Positions 38,913 to 49,809 of a stretch of 64,000 nt of DNA are shown here, one piece after another. The DNA lies in contig OY762940.1 in assembly GCA_963667255.1 (NCBI GenBank), forward strand, positions 224,001-288,000, in the 5' to 3' direction. The notes beneath the pieces were generated by a model, which searched no databases, was not told where the DNA came from, and saw only the letters and a list, made by a program, of their open reading frames with translations. Source of the DNA: Candidatus Cloacimonadota bacterium (GTDB lineage Bacteria > Cloacimonadota > Cloacimonadia > G963667145). Made by a program: the position numbers and the translations under genes. Each line of letters opens with the position of its first letter. The first letter of the stretch is position 1.

Positions 38913-39722
38913 CTAATTCTTCATTTTCAGTTTGATTTTGTAATATTTTTCCAGAGATTTGACATTGAGCTTTCTCGCTACATCCATAAATACTGCGGAT
39001 AACATCGCCAAAAAGTAGAAAAATTTTTGTCTTGCGGAGAGCTTTTTTAATTTGTTGGAAATCATGTAGTTAGCGTAATTGCTCTGCAAGAGGCTTTTTG
39101 TGGATGCTCCGCCTTCGGCAAAATTAGCGATAACTATGGGAAGATAGCGGAACGATTTTTTTTGTAAATACATTTTGTAGATAACTTCGTAATCGGCATT
39201 CAGCGACTCCAAGGAAAATCTATTCTCCTTTTGCAGAGTGGTTTTCACGAACATACTTTGGTGGCAAAACCTCATTCCTCGCCAGAGGGTTTCTATTGGT
39301 TTGGTCTTTTTGATGTATTGAAATTCGGGAAAAATCCGTTTGGTCAATCCGTAAACGACATCCGCATCGATTGGTTGCGAAAAAATTTTTGCCAGAACTG
39401 TCTCGTCAAAATACGAATCTCCTGCGTTCATAAATCCTATCCACTCCCCCGTGGCAACAGCGGTTCCCTTGTTCATCGCATCGTAGATTCCGCCGTCTTT
39501 TTCGCTCGTCCAGTAACTTATTTTGTGTTCGTATTTCTTGATGATGTCAATAGTTCCGTCGGTCGAACCTCCGTCTATCACGATGAACTCGACATTCGGA
39601 TAGGTTTGACTAACGATGCTCCGAATAGTTTGCTCCAGCATATCCACACCGTTGAAGACGACCGTCACTACGCTAATTAAAGGCAAATCACTTTTCGGAG
39701 AGGTTGTTGTCATTTTTTTCAT
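38913..39722 (-). CDS. Glycosyltransferase family 2
   Basis: ISVVTVVFN, IDGGSTDGT, GIYDAMNKG, FMNAGD. Confidence 0.92.
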   Translation of the reverse strand: MKKMTTTSPKSDLPLISVVTVVFNGVDMLEQTIRSIVSQTYPNVEFIVIDGGSTDGTIDIIKKYEHKISYWTSEKDGGIYDAMNKGTAVATGEWIGFMNAGDSYFDETVLAKIFSQPIDADVVYGLTKRIFPEFQYIKKTKPIETLWRGMRFCHQSMFVKTTLQKENRFSLESLNADYEVIYKMYLQKKSFRYLPIVIANFAEGGASTKSLLQSNYANYMISNKLKKLSARQKFFYFLAMLSAVFMDVARKLNVKSLEKYYKIKLKMKN

Positions 39723-39854
39723 AAACTTACTCTCGTTTCCCTATATTTTTCGTAAAGTAAAGATTTGTTTTTCTTCGACCACTGACAAAGAAAAATCGCC
39801 GTCAACCACACAAATTGTTTGACAAAACAACGACAAAAATCGGGGAAATGAAAT

Positions 39855-40520
39855 ATGGAACAAACAGATAGCGACCAAAAAAACGGCAAAATCGTTACCC
39901 CGAAACTCTATCAATATCTATCGGAGATATCGCCGGAAGAGCATCCATATTTGGCGAGACTTCGCAAAGAAACCGTAGAGAGAGTTCGTCAATCGCATTT
40001 TCTGATTAGCGTAGAGCAAGCCCAATTCTTGCAATTCCTCATCAAATTGATAAACGCCAAAAGCTGCTTGGACATCGGGACATTCACGGGTTACAGTGCT
40101 CTGCTTGCCGCTCTCTCCATTCCTGAAGATGGCAAGGTCGTCACTTTGGATTACAAAACTGATTTGGAAGCAATCCGCCAAAAGCACTGGGAAAACGCAA
40201 ACGCATCGCACAAAATCAGGCAGATAATCGGATTAGCCGAAGAGAGTCTGAAAAATCTCCAAGACCAAAAGTTCGACTTCATCTTCATCGATGCGGACAA
40301 AATCAACTACTCCAAGTATCTCGCACTCTGTCTGCCGATTTTGAACGACAACGGTCTTATCGTGGTGGACAATCTTTTGCTCTCGGGAAGAATATTGGAA
40401 GACGACAATCGCACTGCTCCCAAACTGCGACAATTCAACGCTTCTCTCAAGTCTATGGAGAACATCAACTACTCCATTTTGTCCATCGCCGACGGACTCG
40501 CACTCATTCAAAAAAGGTAG
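39855..40520 (+). CDS. SAM-dependent O-methyltransferase (CCoAOMT/TrmR-like)
   Basis: DIGTFTGYS, FIFIDADK, VVDNLL. Confidence 0.9.
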   Translation: MEQTDSDQKNGKIVTPKLYQYLSEISPEEHPYLARLRKETVERVRQSHFLISVEQAQFLQFLIKLINAKSCLDIGTFTGYSALLAALSIPEDGKVVTLDYKTDLEAIRQKHWENANASHKIRQIIGLAEESLKNLQDQKFDFIFIDADKINYSKYLALCLPILNDNGLIVVDNLLLSGRILEDDNRTAPKLRQFNASLKSMENINYSILSIADGLALIQKR

Positions 40521-40631
40521 TATTTCAATCAATTACATTTCAACTCTGTCAAATTTTTTCGGCTTTTTACCTTGACACCCCCCCCATTTTTTATCTTCAC
40601 CAACAAATTTATAAAAAATAGGAGATGAAGA

Positions 40632-41282
40632 ATGAAAAGATACGCAGTCATATTTCTTTTGCTGAATTTCTTTGCAATATGTTCACTTTCAGCAGAAGAA
40701 CAATCATCAGAAAATTTCAAAAAAAAGAATTTTTCTATAATACTCGGAGTAGGGACTAACGAACTCAAATCATCTGGAACAAATGATGACAGTAAAGAAG
40801 AAACCAGTGTATTTATTGGAGTTGGCTGGGAATATAGATTTAGCAACAAATGGTTTTCTATAGAACCACAATTTTATGAGATATCTAAAAACTACAAGTA
40901 TGAATCTACTGCTTATACCTTTACTGATAAGAGTAGCTATTTTGAAATTCCTGTATTAGCAAAATTCTCTTACAATTTCAAGAATATTCCAGGAAGAGTT
41001 TATTATGCTGTTGGTCCCCAAGTTAGTTTTTTATTTTGGCATTCTACAGACTTTAAAAACGGGACAACTACACTTACTGAAGCAGACAAAACTGAAATGG
41101 AAAAAAGACTTAAGCCTATTTCTGTAAATGGTGGTGTTGTTTTAGCAGTAGGTGGAGTTTATAAAAAATTTCTTATAGAAGTTAGAGCTGATATTGTAGG
41201 TGGAGACATTTTGGATTACCCAACCTTTACTAATAAATACCATTACTCATCTGGGCATCTAACTCTCGGCTATATTTTCTAA
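40632..41282 (+). CDS. Outer-membrane beta-barrel protein (PorT/OMP_b-brl-like)
   Basis: Signal peptide, YFEIPVLAK, VGPQVSFL, C-terminal LGYIF. Confidence 0.75.
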   Translation: MKRYAVIFLLLNFFAICSLSAEEQSSENFKKKNFSIILGVGTNELKSSGTNDDSKEETSVFIGVGWEYRFSNKWFSIEPQFYEISKNYKYESTAYTFTDKSSYFEIPVLAKFSYNFKNIPGRVYYAVGPQVSFLFWHSTDFKNGTTTLTEADKTEMEKRLKPISVNGGVVLAVGGVYKKFLIEVRADIVGGDILDYPTFTNKYHYSSGHLTLGYIF

Positions 41283-41299
41283 TTTTTTGAATACATTTT

Positions 41300-41333
41300 T
41301 AGAGAGGGTTTCTTCCGAAACCCTCTCTTTTTT
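41300..41333 (+). terminator. Rho-independent terminator
   Basis: AGAGAGGGTTTC-TTCC-GAAACCCTCTCT followed by a T run. Confidence 0.85.
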
Positions 41334-41402
41334 ATTGCTCTCTATCTTTTGTCTTGACATTTTTTTGCCCGCCCTTTCAATTAGCAGAAAAAACTTTAGG
41401 AT

Positions 41403-42929
41403 ATGGTTATGGAAAGAAACTCGGTCGCCATAGAGATGCGGAATGCAACCAAAATCTTCGGTTCTTTCGTGGCAAATGACAAAATCAATCTGAAAGTCAT
41501 GAAAGGTGAGATTCATGCCATTCTCGGAGAAAACGGAGCTGGGAAATCGACTTTGATGAATATGCTTTACGGTCTCTACAGCCTCACCAGCGGCTCTATC
41601 CTCGTCGAAGGGGTAGAAAAAAAATTCAAATCTCCATCTGATGCGATTGCTTGTGGTATCGGGATGGTTCATCAGCACTTCATGCTCATCAAGCCGTTCA
41701 CTATAACGCAGAACATCATTCTCGGGTCGGAAGTTACCAAGAGATACGGGATTTTGGACTATCACAAAGCTAAAGAGAAAATCGTAGAACTTTCCCAAAA
41801 ATACAGGTTAAACATCGACCCCGATGCCAAAATCAACCAAATTTCCGTGGGAATGCAACAGAGAGTCGAAATCTTGAAAGCTCTCTACCGCGATGCCAAC
41901 ACCCTCATCTTGGACGAGCCAACCGCCGTGCTAACCCCGCAGGAAATCACGGAACTTGGCAAGATTATGAAATCGCTGACTGCCGAAGGGAAAAGCATCA
42001 TTTTCATTTCTCACAAGCTGAAAGAGATAAAAGAGTTGGCGGATAAATGCACAGTAGTCCGCAAGGGAAAGGTAATCGACACAATAGATGTAGCGAACGC
42101 CTCCATCCAAGAGATGGCAACTATGATGGTCGGACGACCGGTAATCTTGAATGTGGACAAGGGCGAAAAACCGCAAGAGGAAATTCCTCTGCTGGAAATC
42201 AAGAATCTTTGCGTTAGAAACGAAAAAAATCTCTTGGCTGTTGACCATCTCAACCTCACTGCATACAAAGGCGAAATCTTGGGACTGGCTGGTATAGACG
42301 GAAACGGGCAAACGGAATTTGTGCAAGCTCTCACCGGACTGATGCCGACAGAGAGCGGACAAATATTAATCAACAATGAGGATATAACTGGCTGTTCTCC
42401 CAAGGAAGTGAATGTCCACGGCATCGGGCACATCCCTAGCGACAGACAAAAGCACGGGCTTGTTTTGGAATATTCGGTGCAAGACAACACAATCCTGCAA
42501 TCTTACAACTCGGGGTTGTATTCAAAAAAATGCATCCTGCAAAAAAATGTCATCAAAGACCATGCGAAAAAACTTATCGAGAGCTTCGACATCAGACCAA
42601 CGGACGAGAACAAAGCAGCTCGTGACCTCTCGGGCGGTAACCAACAAAAAGTGATTTTGGCGAGAGAGATAGACTCTTCTCCCGATTTGCTGATAGCCTG
42701 TCAACCTACCAGAGGACTGGATGTTGGTGCTATTGAGTATATCCAAAAATCTCTAATCGAACACAAAAAAGCGGGCAAAACCATTCTCTTGGTATCCCTC
42801 GAATTGGACGAAGTTATGAACCTGTCCGACCGTATCGCCGTTATCCATTCCGGAAAAATCGTCGGAATAGTTGACGGAGACAAATGCGACAGAAACCAAA
42901 TCGGCTTAATGATGTCAGGAGGGTGTTAA
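41403..42929 (+). CDS. Nucleoside (CUT2) ABC transporter ATPase, NupA/YufO-like
   Basis: GENGAGKST, GMVHQHFML, LSGGNQQK, PTRGLDVGA. Confidence 0.92.
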   Translation: MVMERNSVAIEMRNATKIFGSFVANDKINLKVMKGEIHAILGENGAGKSTLMNMLYGLYSLTSGSILVEGVEKKFKSPSDAIACGIGMVHQHFMLIKPFTITQNIILGSEVTKRYGILDYHKAKEKIVELSQKYRLNIDPDAKINQISVGMQQRVEILKALYRDANTLILDEPTAVLTPQEITELGKIMKSLTAEGKSIIFISHKLKEIKELADKCTVVRKGKVIDTIDVANASIQEMATMMVGRPVILNVDKGEKPQEEIPLLEIKNLCVRNEKNLLAVDHLNLTAYKGEILGLAGIDGNGQTEFVQALTGLMPTESGQILINNEDITGCSPKEVNVHGIGHIPSDRQKHGLVLEYSVQDNTILQSYNSGLYSKKCILQKNVIKDHAKKLIESFDIRPTDENKAARDLSGGNQQKVILAREIDSSPDLLIACQPTRGLDVGAIEYIQKSLIEHKKAGKTILLVSLELDEVMNLSDRIAVIHSGKIVGIVDGDKCDRNQIGLMMSGGC

Positions 42930-42933
42930 TATT

Positions 42934-44067
42934 ATGGAATTTTTTAAAAGAATAAAATCGTTCATCAGTAGCAACCCGAAACTTTTTCCCCTCATCTCCA
43001 TCATCATAGGACTCGTAAGCGGAGGCATCGTGCTATTGCTGGCGGGATACAACCCGTTCCAAGCGTATGGCGTAATCCTCTGGGGAATTTTCGGCAAAGT
43101 CAGCTACCTCAGCTACACCATCGTGAAAGCGACTCCGCTCATTCTCACCGGCTTGTCCATCACCTTTGCTTTCCGCACGGGACTCTTCAACATCGGCTCG
43201 GAAGGACAATTCATCATGGGCACCATCGTAGCTGCAATCTTCGGCTCAATGTTTTCCATGCCAATTTATCTGCACATCCCTTTTATCCTGATAATGACTA
43301 TCGCCATCACGGGATTATTCGGAGCTGTTATCGGCTTTTTGAAAGCTCGTTTCGGCGTGCACGAGGTCATCACATCTATCATGATGAACTGGATTGCCCT
43401 CTACCTCAGGAACTACTTCGTCAGGGTCTCTTGGTTAGCCAAACCCAATAGCGAACAAACGAAATTCATTTTCGATTCCGCTGTGATTACATTTTTTGAC
43501 AAGTTCAAGATGAGTAATGAAGGTATCGAGTGGCTTCGTCATCATCCGTTTTGCAAGGAACTGCTCCGAGCTCCCACCAATGCAGGCATCCTCATCGCCA
43601 TCGTGGCGGTCATCGTAGTTTTCCTCATCCTCAATAAAACCACCTTGGGTTACCGCCTCAAAGCTGTGGGTTTCAATCCCGACGCAGCCAAATACGGCGG
43701 AATAAATGTCAATAAGAGTTTCGTAACCTCAATGTTTATCGCAGGCTCTCTCTCGGGATTAGCCGGAGCGTTGCAAGTTATGGCAGTTTCCCACAATATC
43801 AGCATTTTGTCCGTGATGGAAGGTTACGGATTTGACGGTATCGCCGTGGCTCTGATAGGCGGTAGCACAGCCCTCGGCAACCTCTGGGCAGGTATATTTT
43901 TCGGGGCACTCAAATACGGTGGCACCAAGCTGCAACCTATGATGGGTGCACCATTCGAGATTATTAATATTATGATAGGCGTAATCGTTTTCTTCGTCGC
44001 TATGCCCAAAGTCATCCCCTATCTTATTTCGCTTTTCGACAAAAAAGGAGAGAAAAATGCTAAGTAA
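42934..44067 (+). CDS. Nucleoside ABC transporter permease, NupB-like
   Basis: GLFNIGSEGQ, HEVITSIMMN, GFDGIAVAL. Confidence 0.92.
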   Translation: MEFFKRIKSFISSNPKLFPLISIIIGLVSGGIVLLLAGYNPFQAYGVILWGIFGKVSYLSYTIVKATPLILTGLSITFAFRTGLFNIGSEGQFIMGTIVAAIFGSMFSMPIYLHIPFILIMTIAITGLFGAVIGFLKARFGVHEVITSIMMNWIALYLRNYFVRVSWLAKPNSEQTKFIFDSAVITFFDKFKMSNEGIEWLRHHPFCKELLRAPTNAGILIAIVAVIVVFLILNKTTLGYRLKAVGFNPDAAKYGGINVNKSFVTSMFIAGSLSGLAGALQVMAVSHNISILSVMEGYGFDGIAVALIGGSTALGNLWAGIFFGALKYGGTKLQPMMGAPFEIINIMIGVIVFFVAMPKVIPYLISLFDKKGEKNAK

Positions 44068-44998
44068 TATTGCTCTTATTATCGGCACGACTTTTATGTA
44101 TGCAACTCCTTTGATTTATTGTGCATTGGCAGGAGTAGTAAGTGAAAAATCAGGTGTAGTGAACATCGGACTAGAAGGGATGATGACCATCGGTGCTTTC
44201 ATCGGTGCAGCCTGCGGAGTCTATATGGGTGACCCGTTCCTTGCTTTTCTTTTTGCGGGAATAGCCGGCGGTCTGATGGGCTTGCTCCACGCTTTAGCCT
44301 GTGTGAGCTTCTCCGCCGACCAAGTAGTCTCCGGTGTTGCCATCAACTTCCTCGGTCCCGGGCTTGCTCTTTTCCTCTCTAGATTAATGTTCCACGGTGC
44401 TACGACAACGCCTTCTGTTACTCTATCAGACAAAATGCCTAGAATTTTGTCTGGCGTTTTCCCCGGAAAATCTTTCCTCTACTACATCTTCGACAATATG
44501 TATGCGACAACATACATCGCTCTACTTTTGGTTGTCATCACTTGGTTCGTCTTAAATAAAACCGTATTGGGACTGAGACTCTGTGCAGTCGGAGAACATC
44601 CTGCAGCCGCTCAAACTGTCGGCATCAATGTCCTCAAAATCAGATATTGGTCGGTAGTAACTTCGGGAATTTTGTCAGGTTTCGGAGGTGCATCTCTCAG
44701 CCTTGCCATAGTTTCCAACTTCCGTCCGACTCTTGTTTCCGGACAAGGATTTATCGCTCTGGCAGCCGTGATTTTTGGGAAATGGAAGCCTTTTGGTGCT
44801 CTCTGGGCATGCCTTTTGTTCGGATTTGCACAAGCTCTGGTAATCTTCCTCGGGCAATATCACCAACTAAACCTTCCGACCGATTTATTGAATATGCTTC
44901 CGTATGTTTTGACCATTGTCATTTTGGTCTATTTCGTCGGAAAATCTGTAGCTCCATCCGCTGACGGTGTTCCTTTTGAAAAAGAACAAAAAATATAA
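44057..44998 (+). CDS. Nucleoside ABC transporter permease, NupC-like
   Basis: SEKSGVVNIGLEG, GEHP.AA, GQGFIALAA.IFGKW. Confidence 0.92.
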   Translation: MLSNIALIIGTTFMYATPLIYCALAGVVSEKSGVVNIGLEGMMTIGAFIGAACGVYMGDPFLAFLFAGIAGGLMGLLHALACVSFSADQVVSGVAINFLGPGLALFLSRLMFHGATTTPSVTLSDKMPRILSGVFPGKSFLYYIFDNMYATTYIALLLVVITWFVLNKTVLGLRLCAVGEHPAAAQTVGINVLKIRYWSVVTSGILSGFGGASLSLAIVSNFRPTLVSGQGFIALAAVIFGKWKPFGALWACLLFGFAQALVIFLGQYHQLNLPTDLLNMLPYVLTIVILVYFVGKSVAPSADGVPFEKEQKI

Positions 44999-45007
44999 GG
45001 AGGTAAA

Positions 45008-46624
45008 ATGAAAAAAATATTTTTACCCATTGTTTGTATTCTTTCCTTAATTCTTGTAAGTTGTGCAGGAATAAGTGCTAATGCAAGCAACCCAAAAAAC
45101 GAAAATAAACTGGTAATTTTGCACACCAATGATCACCACGGACACCCTTTAGCTTTTTATGATTATCCATGTCCCGACCAAGGCGGATTGCCGGCAAGAG
45201 CCACATTTATCAAAAGTGTTAGAGATGAATACTCTAATGTCTTGGTATTGGATGCCGGAGATATCAACACTGGAAGAGCAGAGTCTAATTTCTTTGACGC
45301 TCAACCGGATATAATCGGCTACAACTACATCGGCTACGATGCCATGGCAGTGGGAAATCATGAATTTGACCCGTCTCCTGCCAAAATGCAAAAGCAAATT
45401 AAATCTTCCAAATTCCCTTGGCTCTGTGCCAATATTAGCAAAGACGGCAAACCTCTGGCAGGGATAGAACCATACATTATCAAAAATGTAAATGGCACAA
45501 AAGTGGCAATTTTAGGACTTATCGACCCTAATACCTACATGACGGGAAACCCACAAAATATCAAAGACATAGAATTTGCTGACCCTGTAGAAACTGCCAA
45601 AAAATTAGTTCCAATACTAAAAACTAAAGCCGATATCATCGTCGCTTTGGTTCACCTTGGGACTTACAATCCGTTTTTCACCAAAGAAAAAGCAACCGGT
45701 AGCGTTCTCTTGGCACAAGAGGTAAACGATATAGATTTGATTATTGACGGGCATTCTCACACCAAAATGAAAGAGCCGCTCGAAATAGAGAACAAATACA
45801 GCAAGAAAAAAATTCCTATCGTGCAAGTCGGATGTTGGGGATTGTATGTCGGTAAAGCCATTTTGACTCTTGACGAGCAAAAGAAAATTTCCTCTATGAA
45901 CTGGGAACCTTGCCCAATTAATGTTCAATATGTAGAAAAAAAAGACGGAAAAAAGATTACTCTTTATGCCGGAGAAAAAATCGAAAAAGACCCTGTATTA
46001 TTAAAAAAATTGTCTAAATACAAAGAAAAAGTCGATGCTTTTCTTTCCAAGAAAATTGGTGTTGCCAAAGAGACTTTTTCAAACAAAGAATCTAGAGAAA
46101 AAGAAACCGCTTTAGCAAATATGGTTTGCGATGGTCAAATGTGGTATTTGAACTCAATCGGCATCAAAAATGTCCACTTCTTCTTCCAAAACGGAGGAGG
46201 CATCAGGACAACTCTCGGCAAAGGAGATATCCAAAAATCTACTATCTATGAGATTTTGCCGTTTGACAACACCATCGTAACTCTCAAAATCAAAGGCGAA
46301 GATTTGCTCAAATTCTTTGAACAAGCCGCTACCAACATCGGCAAAGGAGCTATGCCACAAATTTCCAAAGAGGTTAATTTGGTAATCAATAGTGGGAAAC
46401 TCGTTTCCGCTACCATTGACGGCAACGAAATTCATGCCGAAAGATTCTACACCATAGCAACGAACTCATATATCGCTGCTGGTGGTGACGGCTATAGTAT
46501 TTTGAAGGAAAAAGGATTTGATAACTACGATACCTCTGTTATGCAAAGAGATGCGATTATTGAATACATTTCCGCTCAAAAAGAAATTATACCAAAAACT
46601 GATAATAGAATCAAAACCAATTAA
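45008..46624 (+). CDS. 5'-nucleotidase/UDP-sugar hydrolase lipoprotein
   Basis: Lipobox LVSC, HTNDHHG, LDAGD, GNHEFD, GHSH, NGGGIR. Confidence 0.92.
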   Translation: MKKIFLPIVCILSLILVSCAGISANASNPKNENKLVILHTNDHHGHPLAFYDYPCPDQGGLPARATFIKSVRDEYSNVLVLDAGDINTGRAESNFFDAQPDIIGYNYIGYDAMAVGNHEFDPSPAKMQKQIKSSKFPWLCANISKDGKPLAGIEPYIIKNVNGTKVAILGLIDPNTYMTGNPQNIKDIEFADPVETAKKLVPILKTKADIIVALVHLGTYNPFFTKEKATGSVLLAQEVNDIDLIIDGHSHTKMKEPLEIENKYSKKKIPIVQVGCWGLYVGKAILTLDEQKKISSMNWEPCPINVQYVEKKDGKKITLYAGEKIEKDPVLLKKLSKYKEKVDAFLSKKIGVAKETFSNKESREKETALANMVCDGQMWYLNSIGIKNVHFFFQNGGGIRTTLGKGDIQKSTIYEILPFDNTIVTLKIKGEDLLKFFEQAATNIGKGAMPQISKEVNLVINSGKLVSATIDGNEIHAERFYTIATNSYIAAGGDGYSILKEKGFDNYDTSVMQRDAIIEYISAQKEIIPKTDNRIKTN

Positions 46625-46638
46625 GATAAGGAGAGAAC

Positions 46639-47664
46639 ATGAAAAAAGTACTCATTTCTTTGTTACTGGTAGTTTCTTTGCTTTTTGTCTTCGGCTGTAA
46701 AGAAGAGAAAATCGCAGAAGAACCGGTAATAAAAGTAGCAATGGTAACTGATGTAGGAGGAGTTAACGACCAATCTTTTAACCAATCAGCTTGGGAAGGT
46801 CTGAAAAAAGCCAAAGAAGATTTGGGCATAGAGGTCAGCTATGTAGAGTCTAAACAAGATGCCGATTATTCGTCTAACTTGGAAACAATGTTGGATGCCA
46901 AAAACGACATCATCTGGGGTATCGGGTTCAAAATGGCTGATGTCATTATGGAAGCTGCTACCAAAAATCCTGACCAAAAATACGGGATTATCGATTTCAG
47001 CTATGGAGATAAAGCTCCCAGCAACATTATCTGTGTGATGTTCAAAGAGCAAGAAGCCAGTTTCTTGACCGGTTACATTGCTGCCAAAATGAGCAAAACC
47101 AAAATTATCGGTTTCGTCGGCGGCATGGATGTGCCTGTAATTCACCGTTTCAAATACGGATTTTTAGCCGGTGCAAAATACGCTGATCCTACCATCACTA
47201 TTTTGGACCAATATGCAGCCAGTTTCTCCGATGCTGCCAAAGGCAAAGCTATTGCCAACCAAATGTATAAAAACAATGCCGATGTCGTAATGCACGCAGC
47301 AGGCGGAGTTGGTGACGGCGTAATCGAAGCTGCCAAAGAGAAAGGCAAAATGGCTATCGGCGTGGACAGAGACCAAAACGACTTGGCTCCTGAAAATGTC
47401 ATTACATCCTCTATGAAAGAGGTAGGAAAAGCTATCTATAATGTTAGCGAAGCCTATACCAAAGGCGAATGGGCTGGCGGTCAAACCGTGCTTTACGGTA
47501 TAAAAGAGCAAGGCGTTGATATTGCTCCTACCACCGATAAGCATGTTCCCGCTGAAATTCTCCAAGAAGTAGAGAGCATCAAAAAAGAGATTGTTGACGG
47601 CAAAATCGTTGCTCCGGCTTCAGAAGAAGCTTACAACGAATTTTTGAAAACCATCAATAAATAA
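46639..47664 (+). CDS. BMP-family nucleoside-binding lipoprotein
   Basis: DVGGVNDQSFNQSAWEG, AIGVDRDQ. Confidence 0.92.
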   Translation: MKKVLISLLLVVSLLFVFGCKEEKIAEEPVIKVAMVTDVGGVNDQSFNQSAWEGLKKAKEDLGIEVSYVESKQDADYSSNLETMLDAKNDIIWGIGFKMADVIMEAATKNPDQKYGIIDFSYGDKAPSNIICVMFKEQEASFLTGYIAAKMSKTKIIGFVGGMDVPVIHRFKYGFLAGAKYADPTITILDQYAASFSDAAKGKAIANQMYKNNADVVMHAAGGVGDGVIEAAKEKGKMAIGVDRDQNDLAPENVITSSMKEVGKAIYNVSEAYTKGEWAGGQTVLYGIKEQGVDIAPTTDKHVPAEILQEVESIKKEIVDGKIVAPASEEAYNEFLKTINK

Positions 47665-47680
47665 GAAGTTTGCAAATCTC

Positions 47681-47714
47681 AGGCAGTAACCAAATCAGGT
47701 TGCTGCCTTTTTTA
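47681..47714 (+). terminator. Rho-independent terminator
   Basis: AGGCAGTAACC-AAATCA-GGTTGCTGCCT followed by a T run. Confidence 0.85.
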
Positions 47715-47802
47715 TTGTCGCTTTCCCCATTTAAAAAAAGTAATCCCAATTTCCTCTTGACTTCGTTCCAAATCTGAAAATCTTCGGGGCGGTTTAGAGA
47801 AG

Positions 47803-49554
47803 ATGAAGAACTATTTTTACAGAAGCACAATTATTTTTTTATCTTTTGTATTTTTTGTCGCACTTTATGCCGAACAAAATTCCGAAGATTATGAGACACC
47901 TGAATACAATTCACTGCTATACTACGAAGTTTTCCCCTTGGATATTCGTTCGGCTACAGTTGATGACTGGGAAAATTTCTATTTCCTATCCGCAGAGCAA
48001 ATCAAAAAGCTTTCATCGTCCACATTAAGCGAAAAATCCGACCTCTACAAAATCGGTTTGGATTCCGCAACTGTCGAGGAATTATTGCCCTACATCACAA
48101 CCGATTTGGGCTCTATCTATTTGCTGACCAGAGCCGTAAACCAAGAAAATAAGCACGACTATTCCAGCTATGTGGCAACGAGCGAAAAGCTATTTTTCAG
48201 TTTCAAAAATTCTCGCTTCGGCTTCCTCGCCCAAAAAGATGCAGGAGAAACAAACTGCCTCGACTACAAAAACTGGTTCTTCCAACAAAAAGAGCTGCCC
48301 TATATCTCCAATGTAATTTTCGGCTCATACAAAATGCGGTTGGGTCAAGGAATCGTTTTCGGAGACCGCTACGCCAACACAATCTCAGCACTTTCCACAC
48401 AATCTCCTATCGTCTCCTCCGACAAAATCGCACCCTACACTTCCTTCACAGAGCAATGGTATTTGCACGGACTCACCTTCACCGGCAAAATCGCCAACTT
48501 CAGCTTTTCTCCATACTACAGCAAAAGCAAATTGGACATCAACCTCAAAAACGACTCAATCAGCTCCTTCGACGAATCCGGCTACCACGACAAATCTTCT
48601 CCAACCACCAACTTTGAAATCTTGGGACTCTACTCCCAGTGGACAACCGACTACTTGGGAATTGGCTACAATACTGCCGATTTCAGCTTTGGCAAACCAT
48701 TTTACGACAATGAGAAAGCCCAAAAATATCAAGCACACGCTTTGGATTTCCGCTACAAATTGGGCAACTCAATATATTTCAGTGAATACGCCGAAATTGA
48801 CGATAAAACCGCCAAACTCTTTGGTCTAAAGACAACTCACGACAACCTCACACAAACACTAATCTACCGCAATTATCAAAAAGGATTGCCGACATACCTC
48901 GGACGACCTGTCAGCCAAACTACCAGTTTTGACAATCAAAAAGGGATTTACTACGGATGCCTGTGGGAGCCAATCGCAAAATTCAAGCTAAACTTCTATC
49001 TGGACTTGTGGGAAACACCCGAAACCTCCAACGAAGCTGAGATGCCACTCAGCGGACAAGAGTATCTCATCTGGGCTCGCTACCAATCCAAAAGAAACTA
49101 TTTCAGCATAGAATACAAAAATCAAGAAAAAGGGCAACTCCTCTCCACTGACAAAATCGGCGACCAAAAAATCTCCAATTACAAAATAGATTTTCATCAC
49201 GAACTAAACAAATATTGGAAATTCAAAATCCGCTACAACTACCGCATTTTTCAGGAAACAGAATCCCAATCTGGTTACCTCACTTACGGAGAAATCATCT
49301 TCCGGCTCAAAAAATTATCCCTACACCACCGCATCTGCTATTACAACTCAAACACGCTCGTCTATATGTATCAGCAAGGCGTGGACGGAACGATGCTCAC
49401 CTCCAGCTACAAAGGCGAAGACATCTATTACTATTTCCTCGCCAGTAGCAAAATTTTGCCCCTCACCAAATTGCAAGTCAAATACTCAAACTACCGCACC
49501 AAAACAAAATCTAAAGAGTTTACTTTCCAACTCCAATTGTCAAAAAACTTCTAA
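47803..49554 (+). CDS. Exported protein with an N-terminal helix-hairpin-helix-like region and probable beta-barrel
   Basis: PLDIRSAT..D, QKDAGE, GSY...GQG motifs resemble FCB-group HhH proteins; C-terminal Phe. Confidence 0.6.
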   Translation: MKNYFYRSTIIFLSFVFFVALYAEQNSEDYETPEYNSLLYYEVFPLDIRSATVDDWENFYFLSAEQIKKLSSSTLSEKSDLYKIGLDSATVEELLPYITTDLGSIYLLTRAVNQENKHDYSSYVATSEKLFFSFKNSRFGFLAQKDAGETNCLDYKNWFFQQKELPYISNVIFGSYKMRLGQGIVFGDRYANTISALSTQSPIVSSDKIAPYTSFTEQWYLHGLTFTGKIANFSFSPYYSKSKLDINLKNDSISSFDESGYHDKSSPTTNFEILGLYSQWTTDYLGIGYNTADFSFGKPFYDNEKAQKYQAHALDFRYKLGNSIYFSEYAEIDDKTAKLFGLKTTHDNLTQTLIYRNYQKGLPTYLGRPVSQTTSFDNQKGIYYGCLWEPIAKFKLNFYLDLWETPETSNEAEMPLSGQEYLIWARYQSKRNYFSIEYKNQEKGQLLSTDKIGDQKISNYKIDFHHELNKYWKFKIRYNYRIFQETESQSGYLTYGEIIFRLKKLSLHHRICYYNSNTLVYMYQQGVDGTMLTSSYKGEDIYYYFLASSKILPLTKLQVKYSNYRTKTKSKEFTFQLQLSKNF

Positions 49555-49809
49555 ACTCGTTTTTCATTGAAAACAAGTGAAATACATTTTTCTCTTATTT
49601 CCTTAAATTTAGTTTTTCAGTGCCGTATCTTATTTATATATCGACAAATAACGAACTCAGAAAAAAGTAAATTTCTCTTTACATATTTTCGTAAAATATT
49701 CTTTTCGTAATATCTGACTATAAATCAATAAATTAGCAAGATAAAAAATAAATTTAACCTTTCCGTAATATTTCTTAACTTATTGAATTTTAAAGGAATA
49801 AAGAGAAGA